Of a stretch of 64,000 nucleotides of DNA, positions 29,372 to 39,415 are shown piece after piece (within the stretch, counting starts at the first letter, position 1; each line of letters opens with the position of its first letter). The stretch covers positions 1,408,001 to 1,472,000 of the forward strand of contig OZ220480.1 of NCBI GenBank assembly GCA_965116025.1, in the 5' to 3' direction. Below the pieces are notes generated by a model. That model ran no database searches, was not told where the DNA came from, and was given only the letters and a program-made list of their open reading frames with translations. The stretch comes from an uncultured candidatus Porisulfidus sp. (GTDB taxonomy: Bacteria > Pseudomonadota > Gammaproteobacteria > Poriferisulfidales > Poriferisulfidaceae). The position numbers and the translations under genes are program-made.

Positions 29372-31129
29372 TTACGCGCCAGTCTCAGCAGATCTGGATC
29401 CTGTCTTTGTGCCCTTTTTGAATGCTCGCGAGGGCTCGTCGTTCGTCTCCAAAACGTTCCAAAGAAGCGAATCAAGCGCCTGTTGGCGGGTGGCGTTCGC
29501 GGTTTCCAAGTTGGTTTCCAACCGGTCACAAAGCCCCATGAGTTCATCGACTTTGGCGACAATGCGACGTTGCTCATCGAGAGGAGGAAGTGGAAATGGC
29601 GAGTTTGCGAAATACTCTTTTGGCACACGCTTTTGACCAGCTGTTCCAGTCATTTTGAGGATCCCAGGTTCTATGTATAGAGGGGATTTTAGAAATAGCA
29701 CTATGTAGCGTGCGTTTACAAGAACTGGACGAACGACATGAAGTTCTGTTGTTCCACTTCCGATGCCGCCAGTCAGATTTTGAAACACTACAGATTTACC
29801 ATTCTCGAAGCAAGGTGTGATCTTTGCTACACCAACATCACCTTCCGCAAAATGAGTGTAGCCTTTCTTGATCTCGCCCCAGAGATGTTTCATATGGCCA
29901 TTTTTTAGGCCCCATTCTGCTGGAATCAAGGGCATTGGAACAAAGGAGGCGACATGATCGTCGCCAATATCGTTTCGTGGGCTGAGTACGCCAATATTTG
30001 CTATCCTCGTCCAAATCCATGTATCTGGTAGAAGGAACGGATGGCCGTTTACGCTGAGCGGCTTTAGGATCTTTAGGCTTCTCATTTTAGGACGATGCGC
30101 CAAGAGTGCTTTCTTCTCCGTAATCCTCTTGAGCAATTCAAATGCTGGTTCATCCGCCGGGTTCTGTGCGATCAATTTCCCCTGAACCGCGAGGTTCAGT
30201 ATGGTCTGCCGGAGTTGTTTAATCTGATCGACACGAATTGTCAGAGAGGGAAGGGTATTGATTGCAAAACGCGCATGCGAGAGAAATGCCACATTGCTCG
30301 TATCTTGTATGGCCAGCCGGCTAAAACTGGCTTTGGCCAGACGACTTCGAATCTTTTCTCGCATTATCCATTTTGTGGCAAGCTGGTCGCAGAGCTCCAT
30401 AAGCTCAGCGACCTTAGCGACGATGCGGCGTTGTTCGGCGAGAGGTGGGAGAGGAAATGGAGCGGTGATAGCGTCTCTAGTTCTCAATCTTGGCATCTTT
30501 GTTCCTTGCCCAAGTTGTGTCACATAATCCACAAAATCGGATCGTCGTAGGGCTAGCGCACAATATTCTGGGCAAATAGGGATGCATGTGCGTAGTGCTA
30601 CGATTTCAGTCGTCGAATATCCTGGCTTGTCGGCGACTAGGACCTTGTTGAGATACGGTCGTAATTTTCCATAGAGAATATCGTGTGCTCGAAATTCTGA
30701 TTTCGTACTTTTGGGTTTTCGTTCAGTAGTAGCAATTCGGCGAAGTAATCTCCCTGTCTCTTTTTCAATATCTTCCAGTTCAAGTAACCACGATTTCGGC
30801 TTCAGGGTACCAGGCTTTCGTTTGGTGCCAGCGTCATATAAAAAGATGTTGCCGAGTGCTATCCACCGCCATGAATCCGGTAGACTAAAAGGTGCTTCGG
30901 TCATTTTCACCCAACTGGCTTGATTTTTCTTCACCACTCCGGCTTTTGCTAACCGTTTTTTCTCTTGTATCACCCGTTTCAGCAATTCAGACGCTGGCTC
31001 ATCTGCCGGATTTTGTTTGGCCAATTTCCCTCGGACTGCGAGATTTAGTACGAAGCGACGTATACTTGGAATAGCATCTGGATCTTTGTCAGCGTAATCA
31101 AAGAGCGCGAGCAGGCGTTCGATATTCAT
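29372..31129 (-). CDS. hsdS: Type I R-M specificity subunit
   Basis: Two TRDs each followed by PFPLPPLxEQRRIVAKV; repeated LNLAVxGKLxxQNPADEPA; ATG 31129 overlaps HEPN stop (ATGA). Confidence 0.93.
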   Translation of the reverse strand: MNIERLLALFDYADKDPDAIPSIRRFVLNLAVRGKLAKQNPADEPASELLKRVIQEKKRLAKAGVVKKNQASWVKMTEAPFSLPDSWRWIALGNIFLYDAGTKRKPGTLKPKSWLLELEDIEKETGRLLRRIATTERKPKSTKSEFRAHDILYGKLRPYLNKVLVADKPGYSTTEIVALRTCIPICPEYCALALRRSDFVDYVTQLGQGTKMPRLRTRDAITAPFPLPPLAEQRRIVAKVAELMELCDQLATKWIMREKIRSRLAKASFSRLAIQDTSNVAFLSHARFAINTLPSLTIRVDQIKQLRQTILNLAVQGKLIAQNPADEPAFELLKRITEKKALLAHRPKMRSLKILKPLSVNGHPFLLPDTWIWTRIANIGVLSPRNDIGDDHVASFVPMPLIPAEWGLKNGHMKHLWGEIKKGYTHFAEGDVGVAKITPCFENGKSVVFQNLTGGIGSGTTELHVVRPVLVNARYIVLFLKSPLYIEPGILKMTGTAGQKRVPKEYFANSPFPLPPLDEQRRIVAKVDELMGLCDRLETNLETANATRQQALDSLLWNVLETNDEPSRAFKKGTKTGSRSAETGA

Positions 31130-31485
31130 GTTTCCCGGGATGTCCCCAATTCGGCAAGCAATACCTGAACGACCCGATGAAGTTCTGGTAGGTCGGTTTC
31201 GGCATAATTCCAAACGCGATCCGGGATTACGATCGTATAGCCATGAATTAACAGATTTCTAAAATCAATGATAGCGCGTAGAGAAGGAATTCTTTTGGCG
31301 ACATCTGGGCAAGCATCATTTAGTTTGTTTAATGCCTCTCCTATAATCTCAAATTTTCGCTCGACTGCAGCTTGTGTTCGAGTGTCGTTCATGTAGGCCG
31401 TGAGGTCCATGCCATCCATGAAACGCTCAATGTCTAAAGTTGCCCGTTCGACATCTTTCAACAGGACTCGAGGATCAGGAGACAT
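31126..31485 (-). CDS. HEPN/DUF86 ribonuclease toxin inside R-M operon
   Basis: AAVERKFEIIGEAL, RNLLIHGY. Confidence 0.9.
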   Translation of the reverse strand: MSPDPRVLLKDVERATLDIERFMDGMDLTAYMNDTRTQAAVERKFEIIGEALNKLNDACPDVAKRIPSLRAIIDFRNLLIHGYTIVIPDRVWNYAETDLPELHRVVQVLLAELGTSRET

Positions 31486-31786
31486 AGATCGATTCGCGCG
31501 ACTTATTTATAGATTCGCGAAGATATGGATTTTGGATCGCGCCAGATTCGATTAGATCAACTGGACGTCCCAATATCTGGCGCAATGCTTCTGCGAAGCC
31601 GAAATATTGTTGAAAAGGTTCTTTGGTGCTGATAAATTTGAACTCTACCAAAAAATCTGCATCGCTGGTTTGCGGATCGAAATCCGTTCCACGTGCTGCT
31701 GACCCGAACACATCAAGCCATGCTACATCATAACGCTGGCAGAGTTCTACTAGCTCATCTCTTTTCTCGGCTATAGCGGCATGCAT
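31475..31786 (-). CDS. Minimal nucleotidyltransferase antitoxin inside R-M operon
   Basis: FGSAARG..SDADFLVEF..RPVDLI. Confidence 0.9.
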   Translation of the reverse strand: MHAAIAEKRDELVELCQRYDVAWLDVFGSAARGTDFDPQTSDADFLVEFKFISTKEPFQQYFGFAEALRQILGRPVDLIESGAIQNPYLRESINKSRESIYVS

Positions 31787-31827
31787 GGTTTATCTTTCCG
31801 GGTTGATAGCAGTCTAATATGTATTGC

Positions 31828-33279
31828 TTATCGTAAAAGTGTCTCTGCTAGGGACCGTTTCAATTGGTCCCGCAGAGATATAACCTCGGCCTCCGCGACT
31901 TTAAGTTCCGCAAGTAGATCTTCTGGATCCCCTTGAGATTCTTTTTCAGTATAGGGATTCTTGATATCGAGGTTGTAGCCGTGCGCTTTGATTTCTTCAG
32001 TATGTATTTTCCATGCACGGGGGCTTTCTACTCGGTCCACCCGTTTTCTTCCTCCCCACCAAGCGGCACAGTTGGCCAAGTGCTCTCGGAGGATGGGCTT
32101 ATTTTTCGAGTATGCTTTTTGCCCTTCGGGGACGAGGTGTTCCCAGAACCAGATATCTTTCGTCGATGTTCCTTTTTCGAAGAATAGCAGATTGGTTCCG
32201 ATTGATGCGTAAGGGCGGAATACTGAATTTGGTAGGCGCACAATCGTGTGGAGATTGCACTTCTTCATTAGATGTTCCTTGAGCCGGGTTTTGACACCTT
32301 CGCCAAAGAGCGAGCCATCGGGTAGAACCACTGCGGCCCGGCCACCAGGCTTGAGGATGCGCATGATCAGGGCGAGAAACAAATCCGCCGTCTCGCTTGT
32401 TCGGAAGTGTTTCGGGAAGTTGGAATCGATGCCCGGTTCTTCCTTACCGCCGAATGGCGGGTTGGTTAGTACGATATCTACTTTTTCATTCCGTCCCCAA
32501 GAAACATAGGAGCGGGCTAGCGTATTGTCATGGCGAAGGAAGGATGGATCTTCAATGTTGTGCAGAAGCATATTGGTCACCGCGAGCATATGCGGAAGCG
32601 GCTTCTTCTCAAATGCGCGAAGAGAAGACTGAATTTTGGCTTCGTCTTCTGGCAGTTTCACGTAACGCTCACGCATATGCCGGATGGCGCAGGTGAGAAA
32701 GCCGCCTGTGCCACAGGCAGGGTCGAATAACGTCTCGCCTGGCTTCGGGTCGACCATCTCGACCATAAAGGACGTGATAGCGCGCGGCGTATAGTATTCG
32801 CCTGCGTTGCCTGCTGACTGCAGGTTATTCAAGATCTGCTCATAAATATCGCCGAAATGTTCTCGCTCGGCTAGCTCATTAAAGTTAATCTTATTAATCT
32901 TATTAATGACCTGTCGAATTAACTGTCCAGATTTCATGTAATTGTGTGCGTCTTCAAAGACACTTCGGACAACTGTGGCGCGTGGATCATTACTGGATGG
33001 TAACTCTTTCAGAGTAGGAAAGAGGTCTTCATCTAAAAAAGAAATTATTTCCTTCCCAGTTTTTCCTTCTGGGTCGCCAGCCCAGTTGCGCCACTGCAAT
33101 CTGGCGGGAACAGGAGAGCAGTAGTTGTCCTTGATTTCTTCAAGCTCTTGATCTTGGTCATCAATTATCTTGAGAAAAAACATCCAACACAGTTGGCTGA
33201 TGCGTTGCGCTGCCCCATCAACGCCTACATCTTGACGCATGACATCCTGAATAGATTTGATTATCGTATTGATAGACAT
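31828..33279 (-). CDS. hsdM: Type I R-M N6-adenine methyltransferase
   Basis: GEYYTPR, DPACGTGGFL, NPPFGG. Confidence 0.96.
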   Translation of the reverse strand: MSINTIIKSIQDVMRQDVGVDGAAQRISQLCWMFFLKIIDDQDQELEEIKDNYCSPVPARLQWRNWAGDPEGKTGKEIISFLDEDLFPTLKELPSSNDPRATVVRSVFEDAHNYMKSGQLIRQVINKINKINFNELAEREHFGDIYEQILNNLQSAGNAGEYYTPRAITSFMVEMVDPKPGETLFDPACGTGGFLTCAIRHMRERYVKLPEDEAKIQSSLRAFEKKPLPHMLAVTNMLLHNIEDPSFLRHDNTLARSYVSWGRNEKVDIVLTNPPFGGKEEPGIDSNFPKHFRTSETADLFLALIMRILKPGGRAAVVLPDGSLFGEGVKTRLKEHLMKKCNLHTIVRLPNSVFRPYASIGTNLLFFEKGTSTKDIWFWEHLVPEGQKAYSKNKPILREHLANCAAWWGGRKRVDRVESPRAWKIHTEEIKAHGYNLDIKNPYTEKESQGDPEDLLAELKVAEAEVISLRDQLKRSLAETLLR

Positions 33280-33281
33280 AT

Positions 33282-35681
33282 TTAGGCGGCTTCCTTGTAG
33301 AGAGCGGTTTGGAGATCTCGTACCGCCCGCTTGAAGCCTCGTTTGTTGCCGAAACGGCGGATTAACTGGAGTGGAGTTCCAATCATATTAAACGGAGGGG
33401 TTCTGAGTACATTGGCATTGTCTAGATCAAGTACACCATCATCGGCATATTTGTCGAGCAGTTTGTCAAGCACGTTGCGACATTGTCGTCCATATTTAGT
33501 GAATACGTCGAGTTTTTTTACGTTTTCGGCTCGCTCGCGGCGAGTTAGAGGCTTGGAATCAAAAGCGATATAGCAAATAAGGTCGAAGGGGTCTAACTTC
33601 TCCATACCTAGTTCTTCCGCGATTACAGACAGTACTAACCCCTCGGCCTGCATGCCGTCAATCATTGCCTGTTTGCGTTCGGCACCGCTCCACCGCATCA
33701 GGAAATCATCCAAACTAGAGAAGCGCTTTCGCAGTTTCTTTTTCGTGAAGCCTCGTAAAGTTTCAGTTCTGGGCCTGCCATTCTTGTCTACATAAACAAC
33801 TCGTTCGGCGATGATGTGTGCATGAATGCCATCAATATAGATTTTTTTTCCGCCCCTTGGAGGTAAGGGATCTTGGCTGACTTCAATTTTGCTACCATCA
33901 AAAAGATCGGTAGGTTGGATGGAGTCGCCATTGAGTGGAGGGGCTATAGGTTCATCCTCCTTGGGTGTATATATCTGCACCGGGTCACCATCGAATTCAG
34001 GATCCGCGAAATGGTTGGTTGCGCCGCGAAAGTCAAGAAGAGTGAAGTAGTGCTTATGCGTATCTTCGTGCACCCTGGTGCCACGCCCGACGATTTGCTT
34101 GAACTCGGTCATTGATCCGATATTGCGGTCGAGCACGATTAACCGACAGGTTTGCACGTCAACGCCAGTGGAGAGCAGTCGTGAAGTTGTGACCAGAACG
34201 GGATATCTAGATTCTGGATCAATGAAATTGTCCAGCTCGTTCTGTCCATCTTGATCATCACCAGTGATGCGCATGACGTAGCGCACGTCTTCGCCGACAA
34301 GATCAGCGTTCTCGTTAATCAATGCCTGACGCATTCGTGCGGCATGTTCTTGGTCGACACAAAAGATAATAGACTTCTGGAAGCGGTCGCTACTCTCTTT
34401 CAAAAAGGCCGTTATTTTTTGCGCCACCAGTTTTGTGCGTCCGTCTATGACTAGTGTGCGGTCAAAGTCTCTGATACCGAAAATCCGATCATCAACTTTC
34501 ACGCCGTCGCGGTCAAGTTGGTCTTTTTTCGGGCGATAGCCATCGATATCAAGATCTATATGGACCTTTATCACTTTGTAGGGGGCAAGGAAACCGTCGT
34601 GGATGCCTTGTTTCAACGAATAGGAAAATATTGGATCTCCGAAGTAGGCAATATTGGAGATGTATTTGGTTTCCTTTGGCGTGGCGGTAAGACCTATTTG
34701 GGTCGCTGATGAGAAGTATTCAAGGATTTCGCGCCAAACCGAGTCCTCGTCCGCGCTACCCCGGTGACATTCATCTATCACGATCAAATCGAAAAAACTT
34801 GGCGAGAACTTTCGATATATCTTTTTGTGATCTTCCGGGCCTGTTATCGATTGATACAAAGCGAGATAGACTTCATAGGCGTGATCAACGCTCACGTTTT
34901 CGCCATCACGTGTTATTGTTCCCGTTTGCGTGGACAGTTTTGCCATCGCCTTTCCAAACGGGCTGAAATCATTCACTCTCGCTTGGTCGACCAAAACCTT
35001 ACGATCAGCGAGAAACAGGATCCGCTTCTTGCGTCCCGCCTTCCACAGTCGCCAGATGATCTGAAAAGCGGTATAGGTTTTTCCTGTTCCCGTGGCCATA
35101 ACGAGCAGAATTCGGTCCCGCCCTTTGGCGATAGCCTCGGTCACCGCGTTGATAGCATTTACTTGGTAGTAGCGTGGGGTTTTGCCTCCGGCATCCTCAT
35201 GGTAATCCTGAAGCACGATCTCTTCGGCTTCAGGATTCAAGCCTTTCCAAGCGCGATAGCGTACCCACAGGTTATCAGGCGAGGGAAATGCGTCCATGGC
35301 GAGGTTTCCTTCCATCCGCTCACTCGAGCCGGTACGGTCGTGACACACGAATCCGTTTCCATTGGATGAGAACGCGAAAGGAACCTCCAATGCTTCAGCA
35401 TAGGCGAGTGCTTGTTGCATACCATCGCCAACAGCATAGGAGTTTTTCTTCGCCTCAATTACCGCGATGGGCAGACGGGGTTTGTAGAAGAGGACGTAGT
35501 CGGCGCGCTTGCGCTGTTCGCGTGTTGCTAACTTGCCGCGCACAACGATACGGCCAGCAGTGAAGCTATACTCTTCGAAGATTTGTTGCATATCCCACCC
35601 CGCTTTATACAAAGCGGGAGTAATGAATTTGGTGCAGATATCGCGTTCTGACAAATTTTGCGGGTTCACCCTAGTATTCAA
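33282..35681 (-). CDS. hsdR: Type I R-M restriction subunit (EcoAI/EcoEI-like)
   Basis: LSERDICTKFITPAL, ADY..IEAK nuclease motif, MATGTGKT, DECHRG, LTATP, QIVGRGTR. Confidence 0.96.
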   Translation of the reverse strand: MNTRVNPQNLSERDICTKFITPALYKAGWDMQQIFEEYSFTAGRIVVRGKLATREQRKRADYVLFYKPRLPIAVIEAKKNSYAVGDGMQQALAYAEALEVPFAFSSNGNGFVCHDRTGSSERMEGNLAMDAFPSPDNLWVRYRAWKGLNPEAEEIVLQDYHEDAGGKTPRYYQVNAINAVTEAIAKGRDRILLVMATGTGKTYTAFQIIWRLWKAGRKKRILFLADRKVLVDQARVNDFSPFGKAMAKLSTQTGTITRDGENVSVDHAYEVYLALYQSITGPEDHKKIYRKFSPSFFDLIVIDECHRGSADEDSVWREILEYFSSATQIGLTATPKETKYISNIAYFGDPIFSYSLKQGIHDGFLAPYKVIKVHIDLDIDGYRPKKDQLDRDGVKVDDRIFGIRDFDRTLVIDGRTKLVAQKITAFLKESSDRFQKSIIFCVDQEHAARMRQALINENADLVGEDVRYVMRITGDDQDGQNELDNFIDPESRYPVLVTTSRLLSTGVDVQTCRLIVLDRNIGSMTEFKQIVGRGTRVHEDTHKHYFTLLDFRGATNHFADPEFDGDPVQIYTPKEDEPIAPPLNGDSIQPTDLFDGSKIEVSQDPLPPRGGKKIYIDGIHAHIIAERVVYVDKNGRPRTETLRGFTKKKLRKRFSSLDDFLMRWSGAERKQAMIDGMQAEGLVLSVIAEELGMEKLDPFDLICYIAFDSKPLTRRERAENVKKLDVFTKYGRQCRNVLDKLLDKYADDGVLDLDNANVLRTPPFNMIGTPLQLIRRFGNKRGFKRAVRDLQTALYKEAA

Positions 35682-35862
35682 GCCTCGGCTTCAGTTTTGA
35701 TGAATGAGATAGATTGTAAATCATGAAGGCGGAGATATCATTTCGGAGGGAATTATAGCGATTGTTTGACAAGGTGAGGATCAAGGCCCCATATTAAAAC
35801 CATTGTTTGACATTATTTCCTTTATATTCAATACTATTCTGCATAGTGACGGTGCAACATAA

Positions 35863-36798
35863 TTGGAGACTCACATGAAAAGAACCGCCAACACCTTGAG
35901 CCTGTTCGACCTGATGCGGATGTATCCGGCCGAAGAGGACGCGATCCGATACCTGGAGCGTATCCGTTGGGGATCCACCCCCCGTTGCGCCCGTTGCGGC
36001 TCCCCCGACAAAATCAGCCCGAACAAAAAGCGGTTCGGCGATTACTGGTGCGGATATTGCCGCCAGTACTTCAATGCCAAGACGGGCACCCCGCTGGAGC
36101 ACAATCGCATCCGTGACCAGAGGAAATGGATTTTCGCGTCCTACCTCCTGATGACGGCTCGCAAGGGCATCAGCGCGATGCAATTGCACAAGGAGCTGGA
36201 CATCAGTTACAAGGCGTCTTGGTATCTGCTTCACCGCTTGCGCCTCGCGTGCGGCTCCAAGATGGAAGCCCTGCGCGGCATCGTAGAGGTCGATGAGGTT
36301 TATCTCGGGGGCGAAGAGGAAAACAAGCATGAGAGCAAGCGACTGAAAGTAGGGGGCGGAGCTGGTGGCAAACAGGCCGTCATCGGAATGCGCGAGCGCG
36401 GCGGTCGCGTCCAGGCGATGCCGATCGAAAAGACCGACAAAGAAACCTTGCGAGGCGTCGTGCGCGGCCATGTGAGGTCAGGCTCGACCATCTGCACCGA
36501 TGACAGCCCTTCCTACCGTGGCGTAGCCAACCGGCATCGCACCGTGAACCATAGCGCGAAGGAATATGTGAATGGCATGGCTCATGTCAACGGGATCGAA
36601 TCGGTCTGGGCAGTCCTCAAGCGCGGATTCAACGGCACCTATCACAACTGGAGCAAGAAACATTGTCGCCACTATGTGAACGAATTCGCGTTTCGGTTGA
36701 ATGAGGGAAATTGCGAGAGGGACACGCAGGACAGGTTGGATGACCTGTTTCGCGCCATGACGGGCAAGACCATCACCTACGAGGAGCTTACGGCATGA
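35863..36798 (+). CDS. IS1595 transposase
   Basis: Zn ribbon CARC..CGYC, HTH, VEVDEVYLGG, CTDD, NGIESVW, YVNEFAFRLN. Confidence 0.95.
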   Translation: METHMKRTANTLSLFDLMRMYPAEEDAIRYLERIRWGSTPRCARCGSPDKISPNKKRFGDYWCGYCRQYFNAKTGTPLEHNRIRDQRKWIFASYLLMTARKGISAMQLHKELDISYKASWYLLHRLRLACGSKMEALRGIVEVDEVYLGGEEENKHESKRLKVGGGAGGKQAVIGMRERGGRVQAMPIEKTDKETLRGVVRGHVRSGSTICTDDSPSYRGVANRHRTVNHSAKEYVNGMAHVNGIESVWAVLKRGFNGTYHNWSKKHCRHYVNEFAFRLNEGNCERDTQDRLDDLFRAMTGKTITYEELTA

Positions 36799-36816
36799 GC
36801 GGGCTATACTGGGGGA

Positions 36817-36984
36817 ATGATGGACGAGAAGACGCGGAAGAAGCTGGACAAGGCGATGCGGGCGTTGCTCGGCATGGGCGAGGTTCCGCTGCACGAAGAA
36901 CCGAAATTCACGAAATCGGATTTGAGAAGGAAGTTCCGCTTGCGCGTGAATCGCAAGGGCGACGGACGAATCGAGGAAGTTTGA
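36817..36984 (+). CDS. 55-aa basic passenger ORF inside IS1595
   Basis: Read by hand: MMDEKTRKKLDKAMRALLGMGEVPLHEEPKFTKSDLRRKFRLRVNRKGDGRIEEV*, G-rich SD, stop abuts right IR. Confidence 0.55.
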   Translation: MMDEKTRKKLDKAMRALLGMGEVPLHEEPKFTKSDLRRKFRLRVNRKGDGRIEEV

Positions 36985-37007
36985 ATCCTCACTTTGTCAA
37001 ACAATCG

Positions 37008-39149
37008 CTATAATTCCCATTTCGGAGGTGCTGCACGGATCAAGTCGAGGACATCCCGCGCGAGTTTGGTTTCCGGGTCTAGGGCGAGCGCGCGCTCAAG
37101 GCTCTCGCGCGCCTCGTCGACGCGGCCCATCTGGTACAGCACCAGCCCAATGTTGCCGCGCGTGATCGCGTGGTCGGGCTCGAGCGCGGCGTACTTCCGG
37201 TAAAGCCCCAACGCCTCCGCGAGGCGGTTCTGCTTGTAGCGCGTCATGGCGAGTCGGTCGAGCGCGCCGACGTGGTTTGGCTGATCCTGCAGGGTTAGTT
37301 CATAGTAGCCCGCGGCCTGTTCCATGCGGCCCAGCGCCAAAGCCGCGTTTCCCATGATCACGTGCAGGTTTGGCACGGCCGGAAGGTTGGGATCAAGGGT
37401 GATCGCTCGCCCCATGGCTTCGATCGCCTCCTCGTGGCGCTCCAGTTCATGCAGGACGGCTCCCTTCCCGCCATAGGCCGCCGCGCTGTCGGGATTACGC
37501 CGTATGACCTTTTCGTATTGTCGCAACGCCTCCTCGTGCCGCCCCTGTAGCCGGATCGACTCGGCCAAATTCTGCATCAAGGAAGCGTCGCGTGGCTTGA
37601 TCCTCAAGCCATCTCGGAAGATGGCCTCCGCCTCGGCATGCTCGCCTTGGTTGTGGAGTAGCAGACCGAGACCGTTGTAGGGATGCGGAAAGTCCGGCTT
37701 CTTGGCCATGGCGGCGCGCGCCATGGCGAGCGCCTCGTCCCTGCGTCCAGCTTTCTCCAGAGCTTCGGAGAGATTGTGGTGCGCGGTTCGGGCCTTTGGA
37801 TTATGTTCAATAATATAGCTGAAGAAGGTGATCTCGTCGCGGTACAGTCGCGATTGCTGCCAAGACAGCGTCGCCAGCGCGCCCACCCCGATCAGGGCTA
37901 TGCCCAAGACGCCTCTTCGCCCGATCGGTGGCAGCCGAGAGGCCCAGCTCGTCCCGGCGCCGATGAGCGCGGCCATCACGCCGATGCCCGCTAGATACTG
38001 ATAACGATCAGCGACGAAGGAGAACTTCATGTATCCGTAGTCGACGAAGCCGAGCACCGGCGACAGCGTCACCACGAAGAACGCCGCCGCGGCCATCGGC
38101 CCGCGTCCGATCCGTCCGCGCGCGAGCCACAGCGTCGTCGCCAAGGCGAGGGCCGCCGCCACGTAGCCCCAGGCCATCCAGCTCTTGGCGCCGATTTCCC
38201 AGAACGGGTAGATCACCACCAGATCGACCGGCCACAGTAACTTGCTCAAGTAGAACCACAGGGCGCCCGCCGCGATCTGGGCTCGCTCGATGAGCGAGTA
38301 GTCGAAATCCAACGGCTCCCGATGGGATATGTACAAAAAATCGCCTAGAGTTATGACGAATCCCACCGCGAAGAGCGGTAGCAGCGGCTTGATGTCCGCC
38401 CAGGCGATGCGCCCATGTTTCCACCAGCACAGTATTGGCAACGCCGCTAACAGGGTGATCGTGACGGTCTTGCTCAGCAAACTCATGGCGAACAGGCCTA
38501 TCGCCAGGAAATAGGGTCGCCAGCTCCGCGTCTCCAAAAAGCGTAGCCAGAGCAATGCGGCGCCAAGATAAAGCGTCCCCGAAAGCAGGCCCTTGCGCTC
38601 GATGATCCAGGCCACCGATTCGACGTGCAGCGGATGAACGGCGAACGTGGCGGCGATCAGCCATGCGCCGGGCACGGAAAGGCGTAGCATCAGCCGCCAC
38701 ACCAGCAGAGTGTTGAGCGCCTGGAGCGCGGTGTTGACCACGCGATAGCCAACGGGCTCGAGTCCCCATATCTTGTGCTCCAGCCAGAAGCTCGTGTAGA
38801 GGACTGGCCAGTAGTGTCCTTCCATGGCGATTGATTTCGGGTGGAACCAGATATCCCAAAGGCCGCTCCATTCCCGGACCGGGGTCGCGGACGTGAAAAT
38901 AACATCGTCCCAGATGAACGTGCCCATGAGGGCCGGGTAGTAGCTGATGATTACCAGCGCGATTAGCAACAGGACGCCGAGCCTCGCGTGGCCGGGAAAG
39001 TCGCTCGGCGGGCCGTTTGGCGTGAAGAACGAGGTCAGGCTCCATGACGCGCGCACTATGGGCGCGGGATGTTCCTCGCGGCTCCCGGTTCGCGTCTTGA
39101 CCGTTTTCTGGCCCCTACGCTCGACTTTGCTTCGTCTCGCCTTGCCCAT
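37008..39149 (-). CDS. TMTC-like multi-TM protein with C-terminal TPRs (putative O-mannosyltransferase)
   Basis: FIWDD, FAVHPLHVESVAWI, ADRYQYLA motifs, then TPR repeats. Confidence 0.8.
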   Translation of the reverse strand: MGKARRSKVERRGQKTVKTRTGSREEHPAPIVRASWSLTSFFTPNGPPSDFPGHARLGVLLLIALVIISYYPALMGTFIWDDVIFTSATPVREWSGLWDIWFHPKSIAMEGHYWPVLYTSFWLEHKIWGLEPVGYRVVNTALQALNTLLVWRLMLRLSVPGAWLIAATFAVHPLHVESVAWIIERKGLLSGTLYLGAALLWLRFLETRSWRPYFLAIGLFAMSLLSKTVTITLLAALPILCWWKHGRIAWADIKPLLPLFAVGFVITLGDFLYISHREPLDFDYSLIERAQIAAGALWFYLSKLLWPVDLVVIYPFWEIGAKSWMAWGYVAAALALATTLWLARGRIGRGPMAAAAFFVVTLSPVLGFVDYGYMKFSFVADRYQYLAGIGVMAALIGAGTSWASRLPPIGRRGVLGIALIGVGALATLSWQQSRLYRDEITFFSYIIEHNPKARTAHHNLSEALEKAGRRDEALAMARAAMAKKPDFPHPYNGLGLLLHNQGEHAEAEAIFRDGLRIKPRDASLMQNLAESIRLQGRHEEALRQYEKVIRRNPDSAAAYGGKGAVLHELERHEEAIEAMGRAITLDPNLPAVPNLHVIMGNAALALGRMEQAAGYYELTLQDQPNHVGALDRLAMTRYKQNRLAEALGLYRKYAALEPDHAITRGNIGLVLYQMGRVDEARESLERALALDPETKLARDVLDLIRAAPPKWEL

Positions 39150-39415
39150 TAAATTCTCAACGCTCGCCAGCGGGTGGAGCGCCAGCCGGATGCCGTGCCG
39201 ATTCTACAATCTGTCGCGTATGGATGCTGGTCGACAGGGTCGCCAGGCGCGTCTATTCTGCCAGTTTGGCGATGATAGCGATCTCTGCCAGCAGAAAGCT
39301 GGTCGCGACGACGGGGGCTCGGCTGAAAAGAATTCCCGGTCTCGCCGTTTATTGAAAGCGAAACGCATACGCTATACTTTCGCCGCGCCTTCATTAGACG
39401 TGATTTTCCCCTTCA

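Larger units (their letters stand above)
35748..37018 (+). mobile_element. Complete IS1595-family element (1271 bp)
   Basis: 34-bp terminal IRs gggaattatagcgattgtttgacaa(g/a)gtgaggat (35748-35781 / 36985-37018, one mismatch); 8-bp target duplication ATTTCGGA (35740-35747, 37019-37026). Confidence 0.96.
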
